DNA of 64,000 nt from the NCBI GenBank assembly GCA_964556195.1, contig CAZKVK010000004.1, forward strand, positions 375 through 64,374. Reading direction: 5' to 3'. The notes under the pieces are model-generated. The model was not told where the DNA came from, made no database searches, and worked only from the letters and a program-made list of their open reading frames with translations. Made by a program: the position numbers and the translations under genes. Numbering within the stretch: position 1 is the stretch's first letter; each line of letters opens with the position of its first letter. This document shows positions 45,469 through 55,498 of the stretch, in pieces. The DNA comes from an uncultured Candidatus Poseidoniales archaeon (lineage in GTDB: Archaea; Thermoplasmatota; Poseidoniia; Poseidoniales; Thalassarchaeaceae).

Positions 45469-46341
45469 TCAAACTTGGCTAATTTGGTTGATTAACGAGA
45501 CCCAATCTTCCGAGGTTAGATTCTCAGGTCGAAGGTCTAGAGTTTCGCTAGGGATTGTCTCGATTGTTGTTTGCCATCGGGAACGATGCCAACCAGAGAT
45601 TCTGTTGAGGCGCTTTGGGGGTTTCTTCAGAGATGACCTGAGTTTCCGGCGGCGATTTGCAAAACATTCTGTAATCACCATTCTGTATAGACGGTTGTCA
45701 ATCGATTGTGTTGATTCGCGGGTAACGGGAATTAGATTTGTCAGACGCGAATGCACACGTGGTGATGGACTGAATGAATGAGGCGCTACCTTTGTATCCA
45801 TTTCCACATCGAAGTCGAGCCAAAGTGAGTGACCGAGAGGACCACGGGTAGAATACCCCTTTTTCATCGCCATACGTTCTGCAAATTCTTCCTGAACAAG
45901 CAATGAGATTCCTTGTAGTTGGTTTTTGGAATGATACTTCTGTATTCTATCCAGCACGGGGCTAGATATCTGATATGGAAGATTCGAAACGATGTGAGTG
46001 ATGCCTTCTGGCCAATCAATTTCTAGCACATCCCCATGAATTACTTCCAATTGGCCGTCTGCGCCGTTGAAAACCCTAGACAGGTGAGATACCGCTTCTT
46101 GATCTAATTCAACGGCGGTTACTTTTGCTCCGGTTCGCAATAATTGCAAGGTCAGTGAACCGGGGCCAGGGCCAATCTCTAATACGTGACTTTGATGATT
46201 TATTGGCTGGGTCGTGGAGGCAATCTCTACGGCCCTTGCAATCACCGCTTCGTCGAGCAGAAAATGCTGTCCGAGAGAGATATCAGGGGTTATTCTGTCG
46301 CGTAGTAATTCTACTAGCAGTCTGACTTCGAGGTCGTCCAT
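45469..46341 (-). CDS. rsmA: 16S rRNA (adenine1518/1519-N6)-dimethyltransferase KsgA/Dim1
   Basis: It contains LGQHFLLD, the SAM motif VLEIGPGPGSLT, and SNLPYQISSPVL. GAGGTGG lies upstream of the ATG. Confidence 0.92.
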   Translation of the reverse strand: MDDLEVRLLVELLRDRITPDISLGQHFLLDEAVIARAVEIASTTQPINHQSHVLEIGPGPGSLTLQLLRTGAKVTAVELDQEAVSHLSRVFNGADGQLEVIHGDVLEIDWPEGITHIVSNLPYQISSPVLDRIQKYHSKNQLQGISLLVQEEFAERMAMKKGYSTRGPLGHSLWLDFDVEMDTKVAPHSFSPSPRVHSRLTNLIPVTRESTQSIDNRLYRMVITECFANRRRKLRSSLKKPPKRLNRISGWHRSRWQTTIETIPSETLDLRPENLTSEDWVSLINQISQV

Positions 46342-46354
46342 ACGCCCACCTCGA

Positions 46355-46924
46355 TTAGGCGCCGGCCCTCACTAGTAATTCTAGTAGGCATGGAACCTCC
46401 CCCGGATTTTCCATTTCACTTACATAGCGCTCTGCTAGCAAGACGACTGCGTCAATATCGAGTTTTTGGCTTACCTCGTCCAAGTCTATCCATCCATTTG
46501 GTCCGCGGATTTCTACCCAAGACCTAGCTGTTGAACTTCCAACGCCGGGTAGGAGTTGGAAGGCGTGAACCTTGAGTGAAATGTTGTTGGCTCGATTATA
46601 GAATCCCAAATGAGGATCCGGGTTTACTTTGATTGATTCTGCAACTGCTTCTTGCAAGGCTGAATTAGCATCCCCCGACAAATCTTGGAAGCGTAGGGTT
46701 GACAATGGACCTGACTTACCCGAATCGAGAGCAAAATGATCACCGGATTCAGATGTGAAGCCATCGTTCAATCTTGAACGAACAATGTGAAGACCTGGTT
46801 CTGAAATTGCATGAATTTCCCATCCAACCGGCCTTCTTTCCATAACGTCGAGGACTCGTATATGGGTCTCAGAAGCAAACGGGCCATCGCCTGCGTCGCT
46901 ATCGATATCGCCATTCGGCTGCAT
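46355..46924 (-). CDS. DUF655-family protein (putative RNA-binding, HhH-containing)
   Basis: The segment FYNRANNISLKVHAFQLLPGVGSSTARSWVEIR, together with the conserved archaeal position between rpoF and ksgA, supports the call. Confidence 0.65.
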   Translation of the reverse strand: MQPNGDIDSDAGDGPFASETHIRVLDVMERRPVGWEIHAISEPGLHIVRSRLNDGFTSESGDHFALDSGKSGPLSTLRFQDLSGDANSALQEAVAESIKVNPDPHLGFYNRANNISLKVHAFQLLPGVGSSTARSWVEIRGPNGWIDLDEVSQKLDIDAVVLLAERYVSEMENPGEVPCLLELLVRAGA

Positions 46925-47036
46925 ATTCCTCAGTCCTCGGAAGTCGGTTATCCCTCATGAATAGATGCGTTGTAGCATAATTATCGAAATTTCAGCGAAT
47001 TGCTGACTTCGGTACAGAATTTTCCTATTTTTCCAT

Positions 47037-47399
47037 TCAGAGGATGTGTTGTCGCACAGTGGTTATGATTTCCTCAACCTCTCCGGTATCCATTGCAATT
47101 CTCTTGGAAGCGATGATGACCCGAACGTCCTCGACCTTGATTGGAGCCAGTTCGGCAATCTTTGCACAAACCTCTGGATGCTGTCCTAATTTCTCGTTCT
47201 TTGCGAGATCTTCGAATAGGTTAGTGAATACCTCAGGACTGGTCTTGATTCCACCTCGGTTCTCGCTAGCAGCCCACTCAGCGTGTTGTAAAGCAACCTT
47301 CTGCTCATAGGACAACTCTCCGCGTCGCTCTCGGGTATTCAATAGCAAATCACGTACGGTAGCGAAGTCGACGAACTCTCTTTTGCTCATGTAAATCAC
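47037..47399 (-). CDS. rpoF: DNA-directed RNA polymerase subunit F (Rpo4)
   Basis: It is about 117 aa. The segment ELSYEQKVALQHAEW and the position after L21e support the call. The likely start is the ATG at 47390, preceded by GGAGTGA; the track start at 47399 is GTG. Confidence 0.75.
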   Translation of the reverse strand: MIYMSKREFVDFATVRDLLLNTRERRGELSYEQKVALQHAEWAASENRGGIKTSPEVFTNLFEDLAKNEKLGQHPEVCAKIAELAPIKVEDVRVIIASKRIAMDTGEVEEIITTVRQHIL

Positions 47400-47686
47400 T
47401 CCAATGGGCGAAGGTGCTCAGGGCGAGCTACGACTGTCTTTGCCATGTTCTTGTCGTGTAGGGCAACTACCCATGCTCTGCCTTGTTTAGCCTCAATAAC
47501 GCCAGTTGCGCCTTGGAATCTGCGGTGAGGCATACCCTTTTGCTGGGAGCCATCAAGCACGACTGCGACTCTGTCGCCAATCTCGTATTGATGCATTACT
47601 CGGGCAATATCGATACGACCGCGCTGGGTCTTCGACCGGCTTAGAATACTGCGAGTTCCTTGACGAGTACCGTGACTTCTGCGCAT
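47396..47686 (-). CDS. rpl21e: 50S ribosomal protein L21e
   Basis: MRRSHGTRQGTRSILSR...YEIGDRVAVVLDGSQQKGMPHRRFQGATGVIE is typical of L21e. The ATG at 47686 is preceded by GGGGTGA at 5-nt spacing. The track ORF extends to 47791 into the Pus10 gene. Confidence 0.88.
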   Translation of the reverse strand: MRRSHGTRQGTRSILSRSKTQRGRIDIARVMHQYEIGDRVAVVLDGSQQKGMPHRRFQGATGVIEAKQGRAWVVALHDKNMAKTVVARPEHLRPLE

Positions 47687-47765
47687 GATTTTCACCCCTA
47701 GACCATAGGTCGTGCGAGCGGTCGACCTACCACCCATTCTTAAGCCCATCTGAGCCCTACGGGCT

Positions 47766-49208
47766 TCAGTCAGCGTGAATATCCTCAACATCCAGCCAAA
47801 TTACTTCACAGGGGCTCTCCAAAACACCGGCTACTGATGGAACGGTTCTACCTTCGTCAGAATGCACTAGTTCCTTGACATAAGTTCCAGCTTCGCAACG
47901 CACTGAAAATTGGATTTCGTTGTCTTCGACTACAACATTGTCAATTGAGACAACCTTGCGCTTTCGGTTTCTGTCAGCTCTACGGTGGGAAACTCTCTTC
48001 GGAGTTTGTTGTTCCAAAGTGACTCCGGATAGGTTGGAAATTGATTCAATGATGGTTGATTCCTCTGGCGGCTCTTCAACCGCGAAACGAATTGTGTAGG
48101 ACTTCTCTGCTCGGGTTTCTTTCACCCTACTGACTTCACTTCGGTTTGTCCAACGCAAATCACTAATCTCAATTTTTCCTGCGGCGTTTGAATTGACGGC
48201 CTGCATTACTTCCTCTAAATCAGTGCGGCGAACCTTTGGCCGCTTTACCTCGAGGACAAAGGGGCGACCTCTTCCTAGACAGCGGACATCGATGTCTTCA
48301 CGACCCATTCCATGGAATGAGGTGTCTTCTGCGGACAAAACTAGTCGAAATGTTCCTCCAATTAGATCTTGTACTGAATCGGGGTATTGCAGACCTGTTC
48401 CTTCGCATGCTTCACAGCCCTCTCCGCGGCCGCGACAGGATCGGCAAGGCCAGCGGGTCTGAGGTATTCCTCGGTCCAATTTTCGGTAGCGACCATAGAT
48501 GAATACCGGACGTATGTCAACATCTATTCGGAGTGTTAAGCAGTCGATTAAAATCATCAAATCAGGACGTTCTTTGACAAATTCAACACCCTCCATTCTG
48601 GCGGAAACTCCATTCTGAACGGCCTCTGAAAAGGCCGCCTTCAGCGGTCTAGAACCAGGCGCTGCATGGCGTGTACGAATTCTGTCCTCTTCCTGAATCA
48701 AATCCTTGGGAACGTGAACTCCAATCTGCAGAGAACCATGATCCAATTCACCGGTCTGTTCGACTATCCTCTCAACGATGTTATCGACATCTTCGAAAAG
48801 GTTCTCGCAAAGTGGACATAGGTCGGGCGCCTCAAATGATTCCAATTCCTTGTCTCTAGCGAAGGCTTCAGCTCGAAGAGAGGCACCCCCCTTCTCTCCA
48901 ACCTCATCTGTTCGACGCCCACCAACTCGGTGCAGGCAGGGGTTACAGGTACCGAGCCTAATCATATGAGCGATACCATGTGGAGCCGGACAAGGTGGAG
49001 AGTCCCAATCTAGGGTTTGACCCTTGGTTTCAAAATCGTCACCATCGAACCATTCCTCTTCTTCCTGGTCTTCATCTTCAATCTCGACAAGGTCATCCCA
49101 TGGATCTTCTGCCGAAGCATATCCAGCAGTGGCGTAGAGTTGCCACTCCTCCTCTTCTGGCGGAGTCGCATCAGCCTCTGGCTCATCTCGGGTCATTGAA
49201 TCACCCAC
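47766..49208 (-). CDS. pus10: tRNA pseudouridine(54/55) synthase Pus10 with an acidic N-terminal extension
   Basis: The zinc knuckles are CNPCLHR and CPLCENLF. The catalytic-domain motif is GMGREDIDVRCLGRGRPFVLEV. About 85 Asp/Glu-rich residues precede the first knuckle. Confidence 0.85.
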   Translation of the reverse strand: MGDSMTRDEPEADATPPEEEEWQLYATAGYASAEDPWDDLVEIEDEDQEEEEWFDGDDFETKGQTLDWDSPPCPAPHGIAHMIRLGTCNPCLHRVGGRRTDEVGEKGGASLRAEAFARDKELESFEAPDLCPLCENLFEDVDNIVERIVEQTGELDHGSLQIGVHVPKDLIQEEDRIRTRHAAPGSRPLKAAFSEAVQNGVSARMEGVEFVKERPDLMILIDCLTLRIDVDIRPVFIYGRYRKLDRGIPQTRWPCRSCRGRGEGCEACEGTGLQYPDSVQDLIGGTFRLVLSAEDTSFHGMGREDIDVRCLGRGRPFVLEVKRPKVRRTDLEEVMQAVNSNAAGKIEISDLRWTNRSEVSRVKETRAEKSYTIRFAVEEPPEESTIIESISNLSGVTLEQQTPKRVSHRRADRNRKRKVVSIDNVVVEDNEIQFSVRCEAGTYVKELVHSDEGRTVPSVAGVLESPCEVIWLDVEDIHAD

Positions 49209-49317
49209 CGCAGCGAGGGAGGGAATCCCACATTGCGATGTCCAGCCGAATCAAGGGTTACCTTTGAGCGCTTCGATAGATTATTTTCAAGAAAAAGTGT
49301 GGGGTGTAGGCTTTCAG

Positions 49318-49647
49318 TCATCGACTTTCTGGCTTACCCGAGTTGTCTGAAACCTGTCGTAGAAGAGGAAAGGAGTAGATGCCACTAGAACAGCCGCTAG
49401 GCCACGAAAATCGTAAGCCATAGCGGCCCACCAACTCGGCCTTTGGCTTGTCCAATCGTAATCTCATGACCTCCTCACGGAACTCGATAATTCGTTGTTC
49501 ATTTTCCTGTCGAGGACCACACTTGGCGCAAGGACAAGCCAGCCTGATATCGAGGTAATCAACACGGAATGCTTGACCGTCAGCAAACCGCATTACACAG
49601 TCTTCCTTGCCCCTTTCGAGATCGGTTAATGACTCAGAATCATCCAT
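49318..49647 (-). CDS. DUF971-family small protein
   Basis: LACPCAKCGP... and GLRFSWPSGCSSGIYSFPLLR fit DUF971. The start is placed at the ATG at 49647, just after the RND gene stop; the track ORF extends to 49725. Confidence 0.6.
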   Translation of the reverse strand: MDDSESLTDLERGKEDCVMRFADGQAFRVDYLDIRLACPCAKCGPRQENEQRIIEFREEVMRLRLDKPKAELVGRYGLRFSWPSGCSSGIYSFPLLRQVSDNSGKPESR

Positions 49648-49663
49648 CTTACTCAGCCAGCCG

Positions 49664-52600
49664 TCAGGCCTCAACTGCTTCAACCTGCTGAGTCTCGTTG
49701 CTCCTTGTTCGTGCCATCGCGCCAAGCATTGCAGGAGTAATGACTAGGCTTGCGAATAAGGACAGCCCAATCATTGCCGCACAGAATAATCCGAAGCTAG
49801 CAAAGAATCCCATAGCCGAGCGAGTGATGATTAGGAAGCCTGTCACATCTGAGACTGCAGAACCAAACAATGCAAGCCCAGCAGCTCCTCCAATCGCCTT
49901 GATGCTAGTCTCAACATCAGCACCGGTTGCGCGTTCCTCTCGATACCTCTCAACAACATGGATAACGTAGTCTATTCCTACACCCAAACTCATCGCTGCA
50001 ATTGCAACTGTCACCATGTTCAATCCATATCCAGCAGTAGCGATTATGGCGTACAGCCAAATTATCACAATTACAATCGGGATGGTCGTGAAGATAGCAG
50101 TTGAGAGTGACCTAGTTCCCCAATATCCAGCGCCAATAACTAGCAGAATGGCTATGGCAATCGCCAGATTTACGTTAACTGTCAGGTAAACATATCCCGT
50201 GATTCCAAGAATAACCGGCAAAGATACTGCAAGGTCTCGAAGCGAATAATCATCAAACCCATACTCGACCTTTCGGAACCCCCACCAGAGTGTGATTAGG
50301 CAGAAAAGAACACCTAACACTAGGGTTCCTTGGAGCTGATTCTGCATGCTATTTGCGGCGACGAAACGAGTCACTGGGTCGCCAGTAGCAATCGCCCAGG
50401 TCACAGGATATTCCTCACTAGCCGAGTCAATGTTCGCCCTTTCTGAAAGGTCTTGGGCTGCCAATTCTTGGAACGGTTGCATGTCTAATTCTAACTCAGC
50501 GAGTACCTGTTCTACTACGATGAATTGTTCAGGATTCGCAATCCCCCAACGTAGGGTCATTCGATTGTACTCAGGTATGCTGCCGTCGGCACAGAGATGC
50601 ACTAGTTCTGGGTCTAACTCGCATGTTGGAACAATGTGTAGGGCAGTTAGTGATTCTGGGATGGCTGGAATGTATCCTCCTGCCGGAACTCCGTAAACAT
50701 AGACGAATCCATACATGAATCTCAAACAATCACGGTCTGTCTCATCTGGTAGGTCATTTCCTAGCCTATCACAATCTAGACTCTCAGACTCCCAACCTGC
50801 CTCGACAAAGGGTGTATCGTTAGCGAACATGCTCGCCTTTGCAGCCCAAATCAATTCGTCAACAGCATGCATTTCCGGCGTTCCCAGTGGGGTTTTGGTG
50901 TATTTTCCGGGATCATTTGGGCTCGGTTCGGCCATATTGTCTCTAGTAGCTTGAATCGCGGCGTAGACCCTTGGGTCGAGCATATCGCCTTCGACTATGA
51001 CTGTCGCAGGCTCTCCTTCATCGCTGAACCGAGTATTGACCAGTTCCACAGCCTGCGCGAAATCCGACTCCTCATCGAGGAAATCTTCGACTTTGAAATC
51101 GCCTTCAAGACTCAGCATCATTGGAACTGCGATTGCGGTAATGATTAGGATTAATATGAGAAGAAGTGAGGAGTTTTTCGATGAATTATCGGCGATAGAA
51201 ACTAGGCGCTCTTCTCTAATCATGTGGACGATACCGGTTTCTTCATCCTGTAACTTCCCTTGCTTCGCTAGGCGCTTGTCCCAGTCCATTCTGATTAGCG
51301 GCGCCCAAATTCCGGTTAGGATGAAAGCCGCCGCTACGCCAAGAGCAGCCTCGACACCAAACGAACGCAAGGCGGCGATATCAGAAGTTAGGTTTGCAGC
51401 AAAAGCAGACATAGTGGTGAATGATGTAAGCATAATCGCTCTGCCGACTCTCGACAGAGAGGCATGGGCCGACTGCTCTGCAGTTCGGCCCCGTCGCCTT
51501 TCTTCCTTGTATCTGTGTAAGGCGTGTAAACTGTCATCGATACCGAGAGCGATTACCAATATTGGAAGAAGATTGGAAAATTGGCTCTTACTGATTACCT
51601 TGAATCCTAATCTTTCACCAAGAACCATCATCCATCCGATAGAGCCCTGCATCCAAAGTAACGCAAAAATCAGGGTGGCTCCAACAATGACTACGTCAGA
51701 TGCTCTTCGAAGACTGAACCATAGTAGGATAGTGATTGCCAAGGCCATGGCGATTAGTAGTAAACTGGATTCTATCAACTCTCGATTTAACTCTACATTT
51801 ACACCCTCATTTATCGAGAAGGTCACGGCGAGTTGATCTGTAGTTCTCATTTGTTTTTCTAGGTCGATAATTGCCCATTCAAAACTGCATGATTCCCTTC
51901 CTTCTTCGCGCAACTCACGGCAATCCTCAATGGTAAATTCCGGAGGTGTTGTGACCAAGTCTAGGCCCTCAAATCGATAACCATCGGGCTCATTTTTGGC
52001 ATCGGCCCAGAAGTACGTGATTCCATTTTCTTCCAACTCGGTTCTACTCAGTTGAATGAGAATCCAAGTTGTGGATGCTGACCATCTTCCAGGGCCCCAC
52101 GTTACGTCTTCATCGAAGGTACCATCTTCACGAATTGTGCCACCTATCGGACCCATCAATGTGCTATTTTCATCGTGGGTGAATCCTCTATCCGATGAGA
52201 ACCATCGAAGCATTGCCCCATCTGAGTACATAATCATCCGATGAGCCGCCAAATCGATGTGGGCTTGAGTTACGTTTGGGTCGTCGTAGGTTAGACATTC
52301 CAATACACCACAATCTTCCCAATTTGTTCTAGCAGGTTGAGGAAAACCAAGAACATTGATTGTCGGTTGAGTAAGTAGCGATTCGCCCGCCATAAAGGCT
52401 CGCAGTAAATCGGGAAGAGACATTGGACCCATGAATCCCGTTCCGGTCAATTCGGTTACCAATGGTCGAGTGAAATCGGAGAGGTAGTGTGTTCTCGCAA
52501 TTGCGGTTTTGTTCTCTATCTCTCTCAGTATAGTAAGATTGAGGATCCCTCCTAAAGGAATATCCTCGCTAACCAAACCAGCACTTCTTCCTTGGTAGTC

Positions 52601-52933
52601 GACCCTTTCAGAAGGATGTGGTAAGTTGGCGTAATCTATCTCTCCTTCAGATGTGAAATGGGGAGCTGGTTCGGAGGACAGAATTTCCCCCTTCCCCCTG
52701 ACCGACACGGCAAATCCGTGGGTCTTTTCGGCGGCTTCAAATTCATCTGCTACGACTTGATTAGCGGTTAGTTCAGGTGATTCCATATCGTATGAGTTTA
52801 CATCGATTGGAGTTAGGCTGGCAATCAGTCCAGGTACCATTAGTAGGCTGATTACCAAAACAGCGGCGTGAAGTTTGAAACTGCGAGGAAGTAGAAAGTC
52901 GGCGACTTTTCCAAAATCTCTGACCTCTCGCAT
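49664..52933 (-). CDS. RND-superfamily exporter (MMPL/COG1033-like)
   Basis: 1089 aa with two 5-6-TM bundles, each preceded by a large extracytoplasmic domain. The segments GIDDSLHALHRYKEERRRG and GVGIDYVIHVVERYREER are duplicated RND/SSD-type motifs. Confidence 0.8.
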   Translation of the reverse strand: MREVRDFGKVADFLLPRSFKLHAAVLVISLLMVPGLIASLTPIDVNSYDMESPELTANQVVADEFEAAEKTHGFAVSVRGKGEILSSEPAPHFTSEGEIDYANLPHPSERVDYQGRSAGLVSEDIPLGGILNLTILREIENKTAIARTHYLSDFTRPLVTELTGTGFMGPMSLPDLLRAFMAGESLLTQPTINVLGFPQPARTNWEDCGVLECLTYDDPNVTQAHIDLAAHRMIMYSDGAMLRWFSSDRGFTHDENSTLMGPIGGTIREDGTFDEDVTWGPGRWSASTTWILIQLSRTELEENGITYFWADAKNEPDGYRFEGLDLVTTPPEFTIEDCRELREEGRESCSFEWAIIDLEKQMRTTDQLAVTFSINEGVNVELNRELIESSLLLIAMALAITILLWFSLRRASDVVIVGATLIFALLWMQGSIGWMMVLGERLGFKVISKSQFSNLLPILVIALGIDDSLHALHRYKEERRRGRTAEQSAHASLSRVGRAIMLTSFTTMSAFAANLTSDIAALRSFGVEAALGVAAAFILTGIWAPLIRMDWDKRLAKQGKLQDEETGIVHMIREERLVSIADNSSKNSSLLLILILIITAIAVPMMLSLEGDFKVEDFLDEESDFAQAVELVNTRFSDEGEPATVIVEGDMLDPRVYAAIQATRDNMAEPSPNDPGKYTKTPLGTPEMHAVDELIWAAKASMFANDTPFVEAGWESESLDCDRLGNDLPDETDRDCLRFMYGFVYVYGVPAGGYIPAIPESLTALHIVPTCELDPELVHLCADGSIPEYNRMTLRWGIANPEQFIVVEQVLAELELDMQPFQELAAQDLSERANIDSASEEYPVTWAIATGDPVTRFVAANSMQNQLQGTLVLGVLFCLITLWWGFRKVEYGFDDYSLRDLAVSLPVILGITGYVYLTVNVNLAIAIAILLVIGAGYWGTRSLSTAIFTTIPIVIVIIWLYAIIATAGYGLNMVTVAIAAMSLGVGIDYVIHVVERYREERATGADVETSIKAIGGAAGLALFGSAVSDVTGFLIITRSAMGFFASFGLFCAAMIGLSLFASLVITPAMLGAMARTRSNETQQVEAVEA

Positions 52934-52973
52934 GTATCTAGGCCAAAAGACGTATTTTTTAATTGATGTTTAA

Positions 52974-53972
52974 TCAAAGTCCAGATTCTCTCAAGCGGTC
53001 AAGTGCTTCTTTCTGTTGCTTACTGACTTTTTCTGGCTCGGCAAGAATGAATTCGATATCTAGAGGACCGCCGTCGTGACCGTGTCCTGCAAGACGGCGA
53101 CGATCACCAATACGTGTTCCTTCAACTACCTCGATTTGTACTCGCTTTCCGGCTGGAGTACGGATTCGAACTGCACCTCCTAACATCAAGGTAGAGTACT
53201 GAACTGCGACTTCTTGAATCAATCTACCTCCTTCCCAACGACGTCCTTCTTCGGCGTCTAGCCGAATTGTGATTAACAAATCTCCAGCCTCCCCTTGAGG
53301 ATGTTCATGACCCATTTTTTTCAGGCGCAATTGCTGACCGTGCTGAGCACCTGAGGGAACGCTAACGGTGATTGTCGAAGATCGTGATTCAACTCCTTTT
53401 CCTGAACATTTTGGACATGTTTTTCGTGAGTTAAATGAGTTTCCTTCACAGTTTTCACAAATTCTTAATCGACGATGCCCGAACTCAATTTTCGTGCCAC
53501 TGAGAGCCTGTTCTAATGTAATGTCAATTCCGGCCTCGATATCTGGGCCTCGCCGTACAGGGGGTGGCTGAGACGGGCGGCTTTGTTGCCTGGTTTGTTG
53601 TTGAAATTGTGGTTCGCCTCCACTCATCCCTCCCATGAATTGGTTTAGTATATCTGAAAAATCAAAGCCTTGACCGCCGCTGAATCCTCCGCTCCGAAAG
53701 CCACCGCCACCGCCACCGAATCCAGAAAATGGATTGCCACCGCGAGCAAACATCTCCTCTATTCTCCTCTCCTGGTCATACTCCTTTCGAGCAGCGGCTG
53801 TGCCAATCTGATCGTAAGCCGCTTGAATTGCCTTGAATCTCTCTTCCGCGGCAGCGTCGTCTGGGTTTCTATCTGGGTGATGTTGCCTTGCCAGCTTACG
53901 GTAAGTCCGCTTTATCTCCGCGTCCGTGGCGTCCTTTGAGACGCCAAGAACACGGTAGGGGTCATCAGCCAT
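52974..53972 (-). CDS. dnaJ: Molecular chaperone DnaJ (J-domain protein)
   Basis: The J domain is DPYRVLGVSKDATDAEIKRTYRKLARQHHPDRN, followed by a Gly/Phe-rich linker, the Cys motifs CENCEG and CPKCSGKG, and a C-terminal substrate-binding region. The start is placed at the ATG at 53972; the track ORF opens at 54014. Confidence 0.88.
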   Translation of the reverse strand: MADDPYRVLGVSKDATDAEIKRTYRKLARQHHPDRNPDDAAAEERFKAIQAAYDQIGTAAARKEYDQERRIEEMFARGGNPFSGFGGGGGGFRSGGFSGGQGFDFSDILNQFMGGMSGGEPQFQQQTRQQSRPSQPPPVRRGPDIEAGIDITLEQALSGTKIEFGHRRLRICENCEGNSFNSRKTCPKCSGKGVESRSSTITVSVPSGAQHGQQLRLKKMGHEHPQGEAGDLLITIRLDAEEGRRWEGGRLIQEVAVQYSTLMLGGAVRIRTPAGKRVQIEVVEGTRIGDRRRLAGHGHDGGPLDIEFILAEPEKVSKQQKEALDRLRESGL

Positions 53973-54069
53973 CGAATCAATCGGACAACGCACCCCCTTG
54001 AATCCTCGCGACAAAAATGAAGGTTAGCCCACCGTATCGCTCAAGGCTGGTCGCCTGCACGATTACATC

Positions 54070-54681
54070 ATGGGACTAGGGTGGTGCTGTTTCAGGAATT
54101 ACGTTGCGCACGCAGAAGAGATAGGTGGAGACATCTCTGAAGAATATCCTAGATTCTTTCTAAAGCCCGCAAGCGCCCATGTTGAAGCCGATGAAAATGG
54201 TAACAATATAATCGAATTGATGAATGAGGAAGATCATATTGACCACGAAGCAGAACTAGTCGTTAGATTGGGGGATGATTTGCAACCAGAAGCGATGTGC
54301 ATAGGATGCGACACAACTAACCGAACAAGGCAAACAATTGCGAAGAATAAGCGATGGCCATGGACAGAAGGTAAAGCATTCAGGGGAAGTGGCGTCTTGG
54401 GAACATGGGCACCCTACCAAAGGGAAGTCATGCAGGTTACGATGAAAGTGAATGGAAAAACCAAACAAGACGCTCCAACCTCTCTTATGATTCACTCAGT
54501 AAACGAATTAGTTGACCATCTAACAAATTGGTACGACCTCTCCCCAGGAGATTTGGTCTGGACTGGAACCCCCGCTGGAGTCGGACGAATGTACAAAGGA
54601 GATATTGTTGAAGCATATTTGACCAACGAAGAAGGCGATATTGTCAGCACCTTAATCGCGCCATGTGTGGTAAATGGGTAA
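54070..54681 (+). CDS. Fumarylacetoacetate hydrolase (FAH) family protein
   Basis: The segments RNYVAHAEE...FFLKP, HEAELVVRLG, and GDLVWTGTPAGVG match the FAH-family pattern. Confidence 0.75.
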   Translation: MGLGWCCFRNYVAHAEEIGGDISEEYPRFFLKPASAHVEADENGNNIIELMNEEDHIDHEAELVVRLGDDLQPEAMCIGCDTTNRTRQTIAKNKRWPWTEGKAFRGSGVLGTWAPYQREVMQVTMKVNGKTKQDAPTSLMIHSVNELVDHLTNWYDLSPGDLVWTGTPAGVGRMYKGDIVEAYLTNEEGDIVSTLIAPCVVNG

Positions 54682-54749
54682 TTTTCCGACTGGAATTGTT
54701 TGCATCTATCCCCCATGACTCTAAAAATGACGGTTTTTGCGGTTAGTTC

Positions 54750-55433
54750 ATGCAACACGAGTTCGAATTTGCACCTGCATTCACACTGATGACCGTACGC
54801 CTCTCCAACGGAGAGCAATTGAAAGTGGAGCCTGGGGCAATGGTTGCCCAGTCATCCAATGTCGACATGAAGTCCGGAATGTCAGGTGGCTTCTTCAAGG
54901 GATTGATGAAGAGCATGGTTGGCGGAGAATCCTTCATCCTCAACACCTACACTTCGAACGGTGACGGATGGGTTTCTCTCGCGCCTAGTGCACCAGGTGA
55001 CATCGCTTCATTCGAAATAGCACCGGGGCAGACTCTGTTTATGCAAGGTGGAGCATTCATTGCAAGCACCGCTAATGTCGAGACTGACACAAAGTTCCAA
55101 GGTGCAAAAGGATTCTTCACGGGAGAGAGTGTATTCTTCCTTCGTGCTAGCGCATCAGAAGGAACTGGAACTGTATTCTACACATCATATGGTGCACTCA
55201 AAGAAATCGAGATTAATGGAGAAGAAATAGTCATCGATACAGGCCACGTTGTAGCGTTCACAGATGGGGTAGATTACAACATTGGCAAAGTAGGCGGATT
55301 GGGATCGGCTTTGCTTGGTGGAGAAGGACTTGTAATGAAATTCAACGGTCAGGGAAAGGTCTACATTCAGACCAGAGATTTTGGTGCTCTTGCATCCAAG
55401 CTTATCCCATTCCTACCTAATAGATCTAACTAA
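54750..55433 (+). CDS. AIM24/DUF124 (TIGR00266) family protein
   Basis: 227 aa. The segments VEPGAMVAQSSNVDMKS...GGESFILNTYT and GEGLVMKFNGQGKVYIQTR are typical of the family. Confidence 0.7.
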   Translation: MQHEFEFAPAFTLMTVRLSNGEQLKVEPGAMVAQSSNVDMKSGMSGGFFKGLMKSMVGGESFILNTYTSNGDGWVSLAPSAPGDIASFEIAPGQTLFMQGGAFIASTANVETDTKFQGAKGFFTGESVFFLRASASEGTGTVFYTSYGALKEIEINGEEIVIDTGHVVAFTDGVDYNIGKVGGLGSALLGGEGLVMKFNGQGKVYIQTRDFGALASKLIPFLPNRSN

Positions 55434-55498
55434 ACGGATTAACACCAGAAGGGAAACCTTGAGACAAAACAGCCCTTGGCTTTAGACTGAGGATAACT

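Noticed and set aside
46990-47010. Near-palindrome TCAGCGAATTGCTGA in the rpoF-DUF655 spacer.
   Set aside because: It has only a 5-bp stem and an imperfect palindrome. This is indistinguishable from chance, so no operator-like claim is justified.
50997-51836. 279-aa plus-strand ORF; the 116-aa and 90-aa ORFs nearby are similar.
   Set aside because: It is antisense to the RND exporter gene, which has clear duplicated motifs. The product is Ser/Arg/Ala-rich low-complexity sequence.
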